This document shows, one piece after another, positions 34,003 to 48,900 of a stretch of DNA of 64,000 nt. The translations under genes were made by a program, and so were the position numbers. Source of the DNA: Lingula anatina (lineage: Eukaryota; Animalia; Brachiopoda); contig CM120649.1 in assembly GCA_051362555.1 (NCBI GenBank), positions 16,940,567 to 17,004,566 on the forward strand, written 5' to 3'. The stretch's first letter is position 1, and the number at the start of each line of letters is the position of its first letter. The notes under the pieces are model-generated. The model was given only the letters and a program-made list of their open reading frames with translations, ran no database searches and was not told the origin of the DNA.

Positions 34003-36936
34003 CTTTGGTTACATGCAGTAAGTGGTAACGTAGAAAAAAATAATAGGTTCCCGTTTTGTTTCTGAAATCCACCTCTTCCGGATCTTTCCGGTCTCCTCAG
34101 TTGAAGAGTCATCGCTGCAAGACAGTCTACATCCGAGTTGATATGATCTTACACTACCGTCCAAAAGAACAAATCAACACAGACAGTGAACAAACAAAAT
34201 AGACAAATAAATAAATAAATTACAATTTTTTGGTCAATCCCCTCCCACAATTTTAACAACATGGATTACATAAACTTGAAACGTCATATTAGAACATGTA
34301 ATATTGATGTCTCAAAGAGGGAGAAAACCATGAGGAAAAAAAACTTTGCCCTGAATGGCCGCTAGTGGGATATATTGAGCCGGTTGCAGATCAACAATAT
34401 GATGAAAATGATGAAGCACCTTTAAATGGCAGTATCATTCATATTTTTAAACAGCCCATACTTCTACAACCTTTTTAATCAAAAATAAGCCATCAAGAAA
34501 TTTAAAGATGTCCATGTCAAGGCCCTTGCTGGGAGTATCTGTTGGCCTTGTGTGCTTTTGAAGTATAAAAATAATGACTAGTTATGTTTTAAAGTAAAAA
34601 CAATTATTTTCTCATTAAAATTATATCCATTAATCACCTATTTTAATTATCTTGATGCTCATTTTTTTCTTAACGTTCAAATACAGTTGTCAAAAAGTTT
34701 TAATCCACGTGAAATTTCCATGAGAACTTTGCAGTGCCATCCACACTGTCATAAGTTCCTGCTTGACAAATTCGTAGAGGCTATGGAAGCCTTGAATCCT
34801 GCCTCCACAGCAAGGACACATCCATTACTGTTAATTGCCCCTTATTTGTTGAGAAAGATCATAACAGTTTTAAATCCTTTTTTTAAGGGGATGGGGGGGG
34901 GGGGGACCTTTCCTCAGCTTACACAAGGCCTCAAACAAACTCGTAATCAGTGCTGCGAACATGTCGGCATTAACAGCCACCATATTTGCTGAACTCATAT
35001 ATATATATTTTATATATATATATGCACAAGGTATCTTCATTAAAATAATAATATTAAAAATAAAATAAAAATAAAATGAAATCATAATGAACTCACTCAT
35101 GCACAGAGTCCAAATGAATTTTAACAAACACTCATGAATGTCTGTGTGAAAGTCAACATTTATTGTAGCTTCATCAGGATTCTACAAATGTACATGCTTC
35201 AACACAGATATGTCTCTTCTTGGCATTAGCCCCACCTTCAGTATTCTTTAGTGTCCAACAAATGGCAGTGATAGGCTGTTGGAAAATTAACCACATATCT
35301 AACAAGATAAAATAGTTCTCTTGTTACGAATATTGCATAGTTATTATCATTACTGAGAAGTGCTAACTAATGTGGTTTAATATAAGTATGTTTTTCCAAT
35401 TTTTTTGGAATCTATTCACTTAAAAGAATTTTTATAATCTTTTTCCCAAACAAATTTTCATTGTGAATCCACACAATCAACTTTATTTATATCTTCAGTT
35501 TTTTATGCCATGAGGTTATATTATTAACTTAAAAACCAACAGTATTGATTAATATATTGGCTAGATCATCTGAAAAAACTTAAGAAAAAAAGTAATCATA
35601 GAAGTATCCTAATGGGGTATGGATATCTGTGTTATACTAGTGATTGTTCTTGTATTAGATTCCTATGAACAATTTTGCCTTGACACATCTATCACGAGTA
35701 TAAACAAGCATTTTGCTAAACACTTTTTATATACAACCTTAAACCACATAATAATCATCACATCATTATAACAGTACTTGGATGATATTCTTTCATAATT
35801 TTTACCTTTTAACAAAAACTTAATTGCAAAAAGAAAAAAGGCACTCCTAAATTTTTGGTATGACTAGAAAATGTATAAGAGTAATGTAAATATGACTGCA
35901 TTTCATTCAAGCACTTAATTATGTATTCCCTAAAATAACTATACATCATCATGCAAAAGTGAGTTAAATATAAAATATACATTCATATTACAAAGAAGGC
36001 AATCTGGGAAAGGCAGCTGCTGTGTGAACATCTTCATTATGAGAATTAAGTGATTAACAACATTTATATACAAAGTTGGATGGTGCAAGGTGACCTTGAA
36101 CGACCCATCACACACAAGGTCATAGGACAAGGTCAAATGTTAAAGTCATGCTCTTTCTTTTGCCATGCAGATTAACCTCCAGAAAAAAACACAATCAGCT
36201 TCAATAACATTAAAATTCCTGAGGTATCACAAGTGCCAAGCAGTTTTTCATTAACATTTTTTTCCAAAACTTGGAAATAAAAAAAAACTTCCAACTTCAC
36301 CTGACCTTCGCCTTGACCTTAGCTGTGATCTGGGCAGTGATAAAGTGTCAACTGACTGACTGCAGAGTAAGAATACTGCTTGGGTAAGTTTTTGTGTAAG
36401 CGTGGCCTGGCTTTGTTAAGTTAAACAAAACAAAACAACTCCAGGAATAAAATACATTATATCTTGAACACTTGAACCTAATATTGCAAGATTACTTCTA
36501 ACTCTGTATAATGGGGACCTCATGTGTGTAACTCTGCTCCCAATCAGTTGGAGGGATTTTCACAGAGTTTGATAGTTTAAGAAGTTTGAACTTGAGCAAT
36601 ATGCTTGAATAACACAGCACCTTAAGTTTATTATCTAAACTGGCTTTAAAACATGAAAACAGTAATATTTTATTTCTACATGAAGCCTTATGTATAAAAT
36701 ACACTGAACCTGTATATGGGGTATATTCTATAATACTAAATTCTACAAATGCTACATGTGGTTAAATCTATTAGAAAATACACTATCATATGCCTTTTAA
36801 AAATCCATTGTACAAAATGAGTATTTTTGCCTATTCTTAAACCAGTTTCTAATATCCTCACTGTATTAGAAAAAAAAAAAAGGATTTCAAAAACTTGAAA
36901 ATATATAAATGCAGAAGTAGGTGAATGTTGTTATCC

Positions 36937-39900
36937 CTATGGATTCCTCTGACAGACTGCACATCGGCTGACCCGGCTTCGTAAATTGCCAGCTTTGAGA
37001 GTTTGCGGTTGTGGATCAGAGAACTGAGACTGAGTATCTATAGTTGTCAGCCAGAAACTGAATTTGTTAGCGAAATAATGACAAGTGCCTCTTGCACCAT
37101 TACACTCGATGAAGGGTGTTGCACGGAAGTCCTCGAGACAGCTGCCGGGACTGATCAGACTCTGGCCGCCACCTTCGGCTCCTGCTGCCGTGTGCTGGAA
37201 AAGTTTTAAGGTCAAAGGTCAAATGTTTGATGACACGGCAGCTTAACATGGGCTCAGTTTCATCAATACTGGATACCACTATTCAACTGATAATTTATAT
37301 CCTCTTAGGCAGTTCTCGAGTGGGATAAAAGTGATGTTTCCCAAATGCTGGATACTTTTTTGTCTCTGATATTTCTATCAAACGGTTAAAATGACTGTTA
37401 TCCTCAGGACAGCTTTGCAGAGGATGACAATTATATCTAGCAGACAGTGCTATACATTGGAAAGTGCTATCCAGCATTGGTGAAACAAGACCCTGATGGT
37501 TATGTTTTTATATTAATCAAAATATACAATTAAAATTCATTTCTATGATATGATTATCATTTAAACAAAAACCATTAAAGTAAGACAATTAAATTTCAAC
37601 AAACTCTGTTGCACCTGCTAGCTACTACATCATTCAACTTACCATTGCAAAGCTATACCCAATCCAAAGTTCGCTCCATCCCTGAGGGCACCTTGGCACG
37701 TTCAAATCCTGGCTGTGGACAGCTATCACATTGGTGGGTGCATCACATACAACACACCTGCTGATGTAGGGCCTGATGTCATCCTCCATCACAGGCATCA
37801 TTGGGATGGGGGCGTTGGTGGACAGCCAGTAGGACTTGTCGTTTCTGCTGGCGTAATTGCACACGTTGTTGATGTTACAGAACAGGAAGGGCATGGTGCT
37901 GAATCTCTGCAGACACGAGCCTGCAAAACCTGGAAGTGGAAAAGTTCAGCGTGATATTTGTGATATTTGCATTGGGCTTGGAAAGGTAGGTGTCACTGAT
38001 ACTGATATGACTGCACAATGATGGTTAATCATGTGGGGTTAATATGCTACATGCTTAGAGGAGAATGGAAGATGAACTAGGAAAACTTGCGAGTGGAAAA
38101 TATTACTTATCATATAATCTAAGAACGGGACATTGTTATATCTGTTCACCTTGCATTTCAGCCTCTGATACTACCAGAAGTAAATTGGACATTGTTTTTC
38201 TTGTCTGTCCTCAGTTCACAACATTAATTACTTGGCTGTTGCATGAATACACCTTACTTTATCTTACCTTAAATAACAAAGTACGTGCAAGGCAGTCAGA
38301 AATCAATTCATTTTTCAGAACCTACTTGTATGTCAAAGTTAAGTGTCAAAACAAACAAACAAACAAACAAACAAACAAACAAACAAACAAACAAACAAAC
38401 CTAAATCCTGGTTGTGGGCCCTCTCATTGCCTTCAATATACAATAAACTGTACCCCTCCCACAACTGAGTGTTGCCAAAGGGGCACTTGGGGATGTTAGT
38501 GCTCTGACTGTGCTTGACCAGGAGATAGCCAGTGGGCAGGGTTTGTCCAGGGGGGCCCAAATCTCCTTTAGGTCCTGGGGGACCAATGTCACCTAGGAAC
38601 AAAGACGTGGGACATGATACATTATGAACAAATCCCTTTACCACAACATTTCTGGATAAATTGGCAATAGAGTATTTTAAACAAGAAAGTAGCTGTGCTG
38701 TCCAAATTAAGTCTCTATCTCTGTGCCACAAGTCACCTTAATATACATTTAATTTGGGTAGCTCTACCTCTGTACTACCCATCTCAACTTGACAATTTAT
38801 GATTATGACTACAAACAGAACAGTACAGACCAAAACCAGAGATTTCATCAAGCCAGAAACTGCATTTAAATGATCTATCTAAAAATTCTTTAAGATCATA
38901 TTAACCTGGTGATTTTCTTCAGTATGTGGAGATCAGATATTTTCTATCCTACCTGGCAATCCTGGTAGACCCGGAGAACCTGGTAGTCCTCTTTCTCCTG
39001 GACGTCCTTCTGCTCCTGGGAGTCCTGGCAAGCCTCTGTCTCCTGTCAAACCAAATGCGCCCTTGGGACCTAAAAACAGAAGAGAGAGATATTTAATGTT
39101 AATCTACTGTAACTAATGAAATAGTAATTAGAAATGAAAAGTTCCTTCCCAGAAGAACTAAAGAAACACCTAAATATTAATCTACTGTCAGTTTCTTCCA
39201 GAAAACATTTTCAAAATATTCATTTATGATGACACCATATCCAAACAACTTACCTGGTAGTCCAGGTAGACCACTTGGTCCCCTCTCTCCCTTCATTCCA
39301 GGGAGACCATCCAGCCCTCTCTGACCTGGCTCTCCCTTGTCTCCCCTCAGAGGCTGTGGTCCTGCCTGACCCGGCTCTCCCTTGAAACCTGGGGGTCCCT
39401 GGGCACCTGGAAGCATAGAACAGACCATGTGTGTCATGGCTATACTGGCTCTAGGTTATAACACATTTATCATTTCACTGTGATACTGATCACTGCATGA
39501 GGAAAGCACATATATAATGTGGAAATTATTCATAAAATTCATATTTATGTATGGAATACTAATTGTCTTAGGGTGTATTCCCAGAGATTTAGATCGATTT
39601 AGGGATTTAGATTTAGATCGACCTAACTCCCTTGGGGTTCACGCTAAATTGCAGTCAGCCAAGCGCGCACCATAGTTAATTACCCCCTTACAGCTTTTAG
39701 TAAGTGGGACAGACACTTAAGCCCATCAAGCTGACAGTAATCTAGTGAGACTCCCCACAGGGATAGATCGATCTAAAATCTATGGGAATGGGGTCTTAGT
39801 GCAGAAAATATACCAAGTCTCTTTAAGAAGGCTGAACGATGTATATGTTCCACAAACATCAAAACGCTTGCTCAGGGTCAATCACCAACAACAATCTGAT

Positions 39901-42900
39901 CTTTATAATTAACATACTTTATCAAGCACTGCAAATCAACATTTCATAAGGTCCAGCAGCCAACAGATAATGGCAAAGGCTATATTACCTGGTAATCCAG
40001 GAAGTCCATTTCTTCCTCCTGGGCCAATATCACCCTTGGGTCCTGGCATCCCAGGTAATCCAGGTAAACCATTCCCTCCAGGTTGACCACTTTCTCCCTT
40101 TGCACCTGGCTGACCATCTCTTCCTGTGGTGATAAATACACAGTACACAAATTAGTACATCATCTCATACTGGTCATTTAAATATATGTACTTGTACAAC
40201 ATGGTTAACACCTACGCTTATTTTTTGGTGATTAATAAGCAAATTGATAAAGAAACAAAAGACTTGCAAGTACACTGATGTCTCGTCAGTTGATAACAAA
40301 TACAATGCAGATCACAGTAATGCAGATTATTTTAGACCAAAGGTCTCCTAAAATTTTATTTGGTGACTTTTCATAACAGACATGCTCCTCTCTCCCTAAG
40401 CAAGAATGCCAGCTTTGGGCCTCTATCTAGGGCCAAAAGAGTCCTGGTCCTACGTACTGTTACTGTAACAGCGCCAGTTAACTATTTGAACCACTCACCT
40501 GGCAGTCCCTGTGGACCTGGTTGTCCTGGCAGACCATCAAAACCTGGCAGTCCCGGGTTGCCGGCCTCTCCCTTAGGTCCTGGTAACCCAGTCAGACCTG
40601 GGGGTCCCTCCAGTCCCGGCTGTCCCGGCAGACCATCACTGCCTCTCAGCCCAGGCTCTCCCTTCTCCCCTTGAGGTCCTGGCAGTCCATCCCTCCCTGG
40701 GGTCCCTTTCATCCCTGGGAGGCCATCCAGACCTGGGCGTCCCGCCTCTCCCTTGGGACCTGATGGACCATCCAGTCCTGGGAGACCTGGAAGGCCTGCC
40801 TCACCTAGAACATAATGCAAGGTTTTTATAGGGAGTATAGGTTTTAATACAGAAAATATAAGATCTTAATAGGGAAGCATAGGTTTTAATACAGGAAGAA
40901 TAGGTCTTAATAGGAAGTGAGTTCTCTACAGGGAGTATACATCTTATAATGAAGTATGGGTCTATTAATAAGAAGCAAGGTATGTATAGAAAGTACACGT
41001 CTAAACAGAAAAAATCTTAATGGATAATGGAGTTAGAAGTGAGATTACTGGATGACCAATATATGTGCAATAGTGTACAGTTTGAAGTGATTTGCTAGTC
41101 TCATTCTAAGCAGAAGACAAACCTTTCAGTCCCACAGAGTCCCGCCCAGGATCACCAGGTTGTCCCGGAAGTCCCCTCTGTCCTGTGAAGCCTTTCTCTC
41201 CCTTAGGTCCAGGCCTTCCATTCAATCCTGGGAATCCAGACTCTCCCTTGGCACCTGGTAACAAATACATAACAATCCATGAATCAGACACTGAGAAAAC
41301 AATGTGATCTATTCTCCACTGTAAATATCAAAATCTAATCTAATCTTAATCTAATCATCCTCCTTTTGCTATTAAATTTTGGTTGAATATTACAGGTAGA
41401 GTCTATTGCAAAGTGTGCAGGCATTAAAGGCATAGCCATACTGTTAAATTGATTTATGACTCAACAAAACATTCCAGAATGATATTCTACACAAGAGGTT
41501 CAGTGAAAACCATCAGCTGTTTCGTGAGTGAAATTTATCATCCGTTTTGTTGTGCATAATTAGGAGTAGTAATGATAACACCCTTCCCCCCCCCCCCCAC
41601 ACACACACAAACACATACCCACATTACACACTCCACTTACCTGGGTTACCAGGTAGCCCTGGCAGTCCAGAGTCTCCCTTGGCCCCTGGGGTACCTGGTC
41701 TACCCTCTAGGCCAGGTAAGCCACGGTCACCTTTGGGACCGTCTCGACCTGTGTAGGAAATGTAGCTTTCACTCAATAATTCAATTTTATACATGCAAGT
41801 AGTGTGTTACCCCATTCCTGCACTAAATACAAGCTTGCCAGTAATTATTGTGCAGTTCTTGCAATATATCACCATGTTTGTGGCAAATAGCTTGTTTGAA
41901 AAGAGCGCATTTATTAATATGCATTATGTATGAAACTCAAGTTTGACACTTAAGAGAAAACATCAACAAAATTGCAAGAAAGATGACACATTTATATGAT
42001 AAGTTTACTCAAGAACTTAGTGAATCAACTTTATTTCCCTGTAACTTGGGTTTTTACCTGGTTGTCCGGGTTGTCCAGGCAGTCCGTCCTCTCCCGGTGG
42101 TCCCTGAGCTCCCTCTAGGCCAGGTTGTCCTGGTTGTCCCGCATTACCCTTGGCTCCAGGGAAACCTGAGGGCCCTGCTGGTCCCACCTCACCCTTCTGT
42201 CCTGGGGGACCTGGCAGGCCTGACTGACCACGGTCACCTAAAAATTGACCAATGGTTTTAATCATTGTAAAAACCTACACCATGCAAAAAAACTCTAGGC
42301 ATCTATGATCTTTAGTCTTTACAAGGCTTGGTTAGCTAACAAATAAGTGTAATATGAAAATTTTCTATCTGAAAATCCAGCTTGTAGAAAAACAAGCAAT
42401 TTTGTGAGTTAAAGCTTATTTGTACATTTTTTACAACAACATCTGCAGTATATGCAGCATTTGAAGAGGTTATTTCAGATGTTAAGGGAGCACTAGCACC
42501 CCCATGTCGGCAAACGTAAGACAACATTAAAACCCTGATCGATCATTCCCTTGATTTTTCTAGCAGCCATATGTGCAACCCATAAGCAGACTTGCACACA
42601 TCTTCAATCATAGCCATAGGAGAAATGTTTCTTCATTTGATTTCTATGTGGATTCATTCATTACATTTATAACTATAGTTTATCTGCTCACCTTTCATTC
42701 CTGGCAGTCCATCAGCCCCAGGTTGTCCAGGGCTGCCTGGGAGTCCATTTAAGCCCTGGAAGGACAGAAAAACAGTGCAGACATTTCACTTGAGAATGTC
42801 AAAATATGATATAAAAATTTGATGTAAATTGACAAACAGTATGATACAATATAAAAGTTGAGAAATTGTTAGAATTTACTATCACAACTTCATTATTTGA

Positions 42901-45900
42901 AATACCAGACTTGAGAACTCTTCTTGACTAGTGAATATAAATGGCTCTTTTCACCAAATGCTCCTCACTTTTCTGCTTTACTCCCTTTCATAAGTTCACT
43001 TCGGACTGTCATTACTGATCAAAACTCATCTTGATCGTAATTCCATTTAGATGACTACAGTACATAATAGCCAGGCTATTAAGTTGTCAACTACCAAAGT
43101 GATGTGAAGCACAAAGGAACCCCATGTGATACAAGAAGGGCCGAAGACCTCCTTACTTACCCTGTCTCCCTTCATGCCAGGGAAGCCTGGTAGACCATCT
43201 CCACCCTTTGGGCCAGGTGGACCATTCTGTCCAGGTAAACCATCCAAACCAGGGTCACCAGGTAAACCTCTCTGTCCAGGTAGACCAATACCTGGCTCTC
43301 CTGCATTGCCCTTTGGTCCTGGGACACCTGGCAGACCTGGGGGTATAACAATGACCATCCAGTGAAAAATTCTTATAAACTATACATATTCTGATGCACT
43401 GAGTGTCTAATTAGGTGACAATCTGTTCTACATGTGTTGATAAAACAATTATTGCAAATTAAACGTTAATTTGTAAGTATTGTTCGGTACAAAATGTTTC
43501 TAGAGCTTGAACTTACATTTTGACAATGATTTATAACAATCAGTGTGATCTCCTACTCCGCAAAATGTCCTACAAATATCCAAGCATGGTCAAATATCTG
43601 TTTATACCATTACAAAGTAATGTATCTCAAAAACTCAGACCTGCACTGTGATTATATATATGGCTTCTTGTCATATTGACAGCCATCTTGAAGTAACTGT
43701 TGCCACGGAAATAACTAATCAGAGTACATACCTGGGTTGCCCCTGTCTCCTGGGAGACCTGGTTGTCCAGGTAACCCTGCATCTCCCTTTGAACCTGGAA
43801 ATCCTGGTTGTCCAGGCTGACCCTTAGCCCCAGGGTTGCCGTCAAAACCAGGGCCACCTTTTGGTCCTAAAAAGAGAGATGTACTCATCCTTTTTAAAGT
43901 ATTTAATGATTTCTTTATTAATTATTGGATATTTGCTCACTTCTGTTCCAGTGTTTATACGTAATCCCCTTCTGGTCAAAAAGAAATATGTACAGTGATA
44001 TTTCCCACTTCATACAGGTGAACAGTAATCAAATACAGGTGAAGGTAGCTCTGTGTGTCATACCTCTAGGTCCGTCCAGGCCTGGTAACCCTGGCAACCC
44101 TGGTCCTCCTACGGCTCCCTTCATTCCTGGTAGTCCTGAGGGTCCTGGAGGTCCTGGGGGGCCGTCAGCTCCTGGGAATCCTAACATGCCCATAGCACCT
44201 TTGGGACCTGGTAGAAGATAATGCACATAGTAATCACATCTGTTTTATCTATTCATTTATACATCTATCCATTCTCTCAATTATTCACACATTCTTTAAT
44301 TCTCCCACTCATTCTCTTATTCATTCATTTATTTGCACATTTCATCCACCCTTCCATCTATCCATTCATTCTCTCAATCATTCTTTCAATTATTCACACA
44401 CTTATTCATTCATTTATTCATTCATTTATTCATTCTCACATTTATTCACATATTTATTCATTTATTCCTTTATTCACTCATTGTCTAATTTATTCATTCA
44501 TTCATTCCTTTATTCACTCATTCTCTCATTCATTCCCTCCTGTCTCACCTGGTCCTCCAGGTAGTCCGTCTGCCCCAGGTCTGCCTGGTTGTCCAGCTGG
44601 ACCCTCCAGTCCCGGTAGACCAGGGAGTCCCGGAGGTCCAACATCCCCTTTAGGTCCATCTCGGCCGGGTTGACCTGGTAGACCAGGAAGACCGGCCTCA
44701 CCTTTTGGTCCAGCAGCACCTCAAGTTGAAATAGCATAAAATAATTATTAGAAAGTTTAAACTATTATAATACTAAACTGTTGATTGTTATCCATTATGT
44801 TAGGCTTGAAACTGAGGGTGACTTTATCAACAATATCCTAATGCACTTTATAAGAACATCGATACAACAGAACAAGACCGCTCACCAATTAAATATAAAA
44901 CACAGATTTTACTTTAATAAACATTTATGTTCAATTGAGCCAAACTAAATGCTCATTTTTAGGAAAGTAAATTCCACTTGCTATGACATAAACTACCACT
45001 ACTGAGTATGCACATATTTTGAGTTACAAGGTAACAGTCACTGGCTTGAGTGAAAAGTGGCAATATAAGATATCGTTTATTTCACTGCATATAAAGTATA
45101 ATAACAATTGTACATTTTTACACCCTCTGCTCACATTAATAAATAAAATATTTATCTTCCTTTAAAAACATTTCTAATAGGAAGTACTTTAGGACTCCCT
45201 AGGACTCTACAGAAATCCTATCTGACATCCTACAGGGCATCCTGTAGGAAACATGTCCTTTGGGACCCTATGGAACATTTCTGTATGGGTACACATGTAT
45301 AAATACCTGGCAGTCCATCCAGTCCATTAGCCCCAGGCTGTCCTCTGAGTCCTGGTTCTCCTGGACGACCCGGTTCACCCTTCACCCCGGCCAGAGAATC
45401 GCCTGGCAGGCCATCTATACCACGGTCTCCTTTAGGACCCGGGGCACCTGGCAAACCTGGCTGACCTGGAATAGTGGTTATGGAATATTGAATTTCCATA
45501 GAAAATGTATTTATTTGTCACAGCAGCACAGAAATTACACAGTATCCTGAATACAGTATTAAGAAATAAAAGTACATGAAAAATATATATTAAGGCATTC
45601 ACAACAAGAAGATCCATCCATAAATTAGCAAATGACACAGACTATGAATATTGAAACAGTATGTGGTAATACATTGACTACTACATTCAATGTTGCACAT
45701 TCCAATGAACTTCTTAATTTACCATCCATCCCTGGGAAGGGAATCCCATAAATTAAGTGGCAACTGAAACAACTATGAAGATAGAAACATTCTCTAGACC
45801 TGGTAATACTTTGTCTACTGTGTACAGTCAATGGCATAACCCCAGTTGAACTACTTACCATCCATCCCTGGGAATCCCATTAAGCCCTGGTCACCTGGAC

Positions 45901-48900
45901 CTCCTGGCTGTCCTGGCAGACCAGGCTCTCCCTTAATACACTGGCTGACTGGACCAGCAGGACCCTGCTCACCTACAGACACACACAAATGCAGTTAGCA
46001 TGTCATAATTACACCTAAATTCTTGACAAAATAAATTGTTTGATCCAAGACAAAAAGTAAAAATATTTATGCTGAATAAAATTTGTTTCATGATTGCAGA
46101 ATTTAAATTGTAAGGATAAGTTCTGAAATACCAGTTTTAAACACAAAAGCATTTTCCTGAAGTTTTTTTGAATAATTGTCATAATTCCAGAGCAAAATCC
46201 ATTGCAGGATAGTCTGTCAAAACGAGAGGCAAAAGAAATGGGTTCAGTCAAGTGTTACCTTTTGGCCCAGTGAGTCCTGTGAATCCTCGATCTCCTTTCT
46301 GGCCTGCTGATCCTGGTAGTCCTGGAAGTCCTGAATCTCCTTTCTCTCCACGCTGTCCAGTTAATCCTATATACAGCATATAATATATCATATTAAGATA
46401 TCAACAGTTAAAGATTGCAGAACAGTATTCTGAAAGAAGTACCAAAAGCTTTCCACAATTTATCATATTACAAAATATTGTACAGCTTTCTAGAGTTAAC
46501 ATTTATGCCAAATTTATCTCCCTTCTTCCCCCTGTTCCATTACCTCTGGGTCCTGGATCTCCTGGCAGACCTGGCAGCCCAGCGTTACCCTTGGGTCCTG
46601 GCTGCCCATCAAGTCCTGGCTGGCCCTTCTCACCTGGAAATGAGGTACAGTGTAGTATGGAGGTCAGCCAGCACTGTGTCAGATATGAGTAATGCACACA
46701 GAACATTGGTTTGAAGTAGTACATTATGTGTTTTTAATTTTTTTTTCAATCAGCATATAGTATCAACTTCTTGTTAACCTCATATATTTTGATGTCTACC
46801 TGGAGTTTCTTCATCTGTGAAATCAGTGCTTAGATCTGCCTTTATCTTTTACATTTGTTTTGATTTTCCTAATTGCTCATTCCCAATTCAACACTTTAAA
46901 TTAAAATTGATTTGATATATAATAGTGGATATATCTTTACCTGGTGCCCCATTGCGTCCTGGCAGTCCATCAAATCCCTTGGGTCCCTGGGGTCCGGGGA
47001 GACCCGGGAATCCACGCTCACCCTTGGTCACTATATTAGCTGGACCTGTATTAACAGATGAGGAATAAAGACCTAGTGTGTAATGCCACTGTATAATATA
47101 TTCTTTAACTAAGCTCTTCATACATTCATATGGTTAAATATTTCAATGAAAGAAAATCAAATATTTTGATTTCTTTAACAGAAGAAAGTTTGCGTAAGTT
47201 GTTCTAAGTTCTAACGCTAGTTAGAACAAGTGACTCTTGTCCTAATCTTGTTAAAAAAAGAGCAACGGAACCCACTTTTGACATAAATTTCTGTCACTTC
47301 ACTCATAACCAGAACAAAACATTCACAGAGTTACAGTTTGAGCACAGCACAGTCTGGGCATGTCACATTGGTATCAATCAACTCCACTTATATCTAAGCT
47401 TAAAGCATGCAATCATAACTTCACCTGCTTCTCCCTTTGCTCCCTTCTGTCCAGGTAACCCAGCGTTTCCTTTACCACCGTCTCTACCCCTGTCTCCCTT
47501 CTGGCCAGGGAGGCCAAACCCAGGTTCTCCCTTAGGTCCCTGCTGGCCTGGCACCCCTGGTCCTCCTGGACGCCCGTCCAAGCCAAATGGACCTGGTGGA
47601 CCCTAGGGTGACAAAGAATTCACCATTAAGCAGGGTTTAAGTTCAGAACGAAAAAGAAAACAGAAAGGCTAGAAATAATAGGAAAGAGGCATGTTTCACC
47701 TTTAGTTATTAAGAAGTTATGTAAAGCAGGTGAGATAAGAAAGTAATTGCACATATTTCTCTTTCAATAATCATATATCTCAAAGGAAAATGCACTGGAA
47801 TAACTAAGGTAAGTGTTTGAAATAGCAAGCAATCACTGTAAACTACTATGCTGAATACACTTACGGGGTCTCCCTTCATGCCAGGTAGCCCATTTCTCCC
47901 AGGTACCCCTGGCTGCCCTCTGTTACCAGGTGCACCCACACGCCCCTCTGGTCCTGCTGGTCCTGGCTCGCCTTTCTGACCTGGTAAAAGGAGTGAAATA
48001 CAGTTGGTAGTTAAAGTGTGTATTAGGTTTTAAGGAACAGACTGCAATGTCCATGTAAAATACACAAGGCCGCACTCTCGCACACAGCAAACATGTGCTG
48101 CAAGTTTTCATGTTGAGCGAAAGATTTTGTGTCATATTTAGCTTCCATTTTATCAACCAACTTTTGAAAAAGGTATTCCCTATTCCATCTTCTATTTAAA
48201 AGTGCCACTGAAGAAATACATTTGTGCATATTTACCTTGAGGGCCTGGGACAGTAATGGCTACAGCAGAGTCACCTTTAGGTCCAACATCTCCTGGTCGA
48301 CCATCCAAACCTGGGGCTCCCTGAAAACATAAATATCACTGGGGATTGTCCAAATGTGTGAGACGCTGCTTGGGATCACGACTTGATACAGACTTAAAAC
48401 ATGCATGGGTTGACACAAATTTCACCGTTTAACATTTGAGATGGTTTCATCTTTCAAAACAAGATGCAGAATGTATTACAATCCACAATAATCACCTTAT
48501 GCTTTAAATTTTTATTCTTTTTGTCAAACAGGTCATCAGTTTGCTTTCATGACTACTTCTCACTGTGCCTTAGGTTTTGCTTTTCGTTTTGCTATCTTCC
48601 TTTTCTTTCCTTTCCTCTTATTATTAATATTTTTTTGAGGGGGGGGGAGTTCAAGATCCTTTTGAAAAAGAGGCCAAAAAGTGGAGCATACTCACTGGAT
48701 TTCCCTGTAACCCAGGCAGGCCTGGTGAACCATCGTCTCCTCTGTCTCCAGCCACCCCAGGGTCTCCCTGAGGTCCTCTCTCTCCTGGTAGACCTGGCAG
48801 ACCATCCAACCCTGGGCCCCCCTTCTCACCCTTGAACCCTGGGACACATATCCCGCCTCTTTCACCTGGGGAAGGAATGGTTTTCAATTAGTTCCATGTT

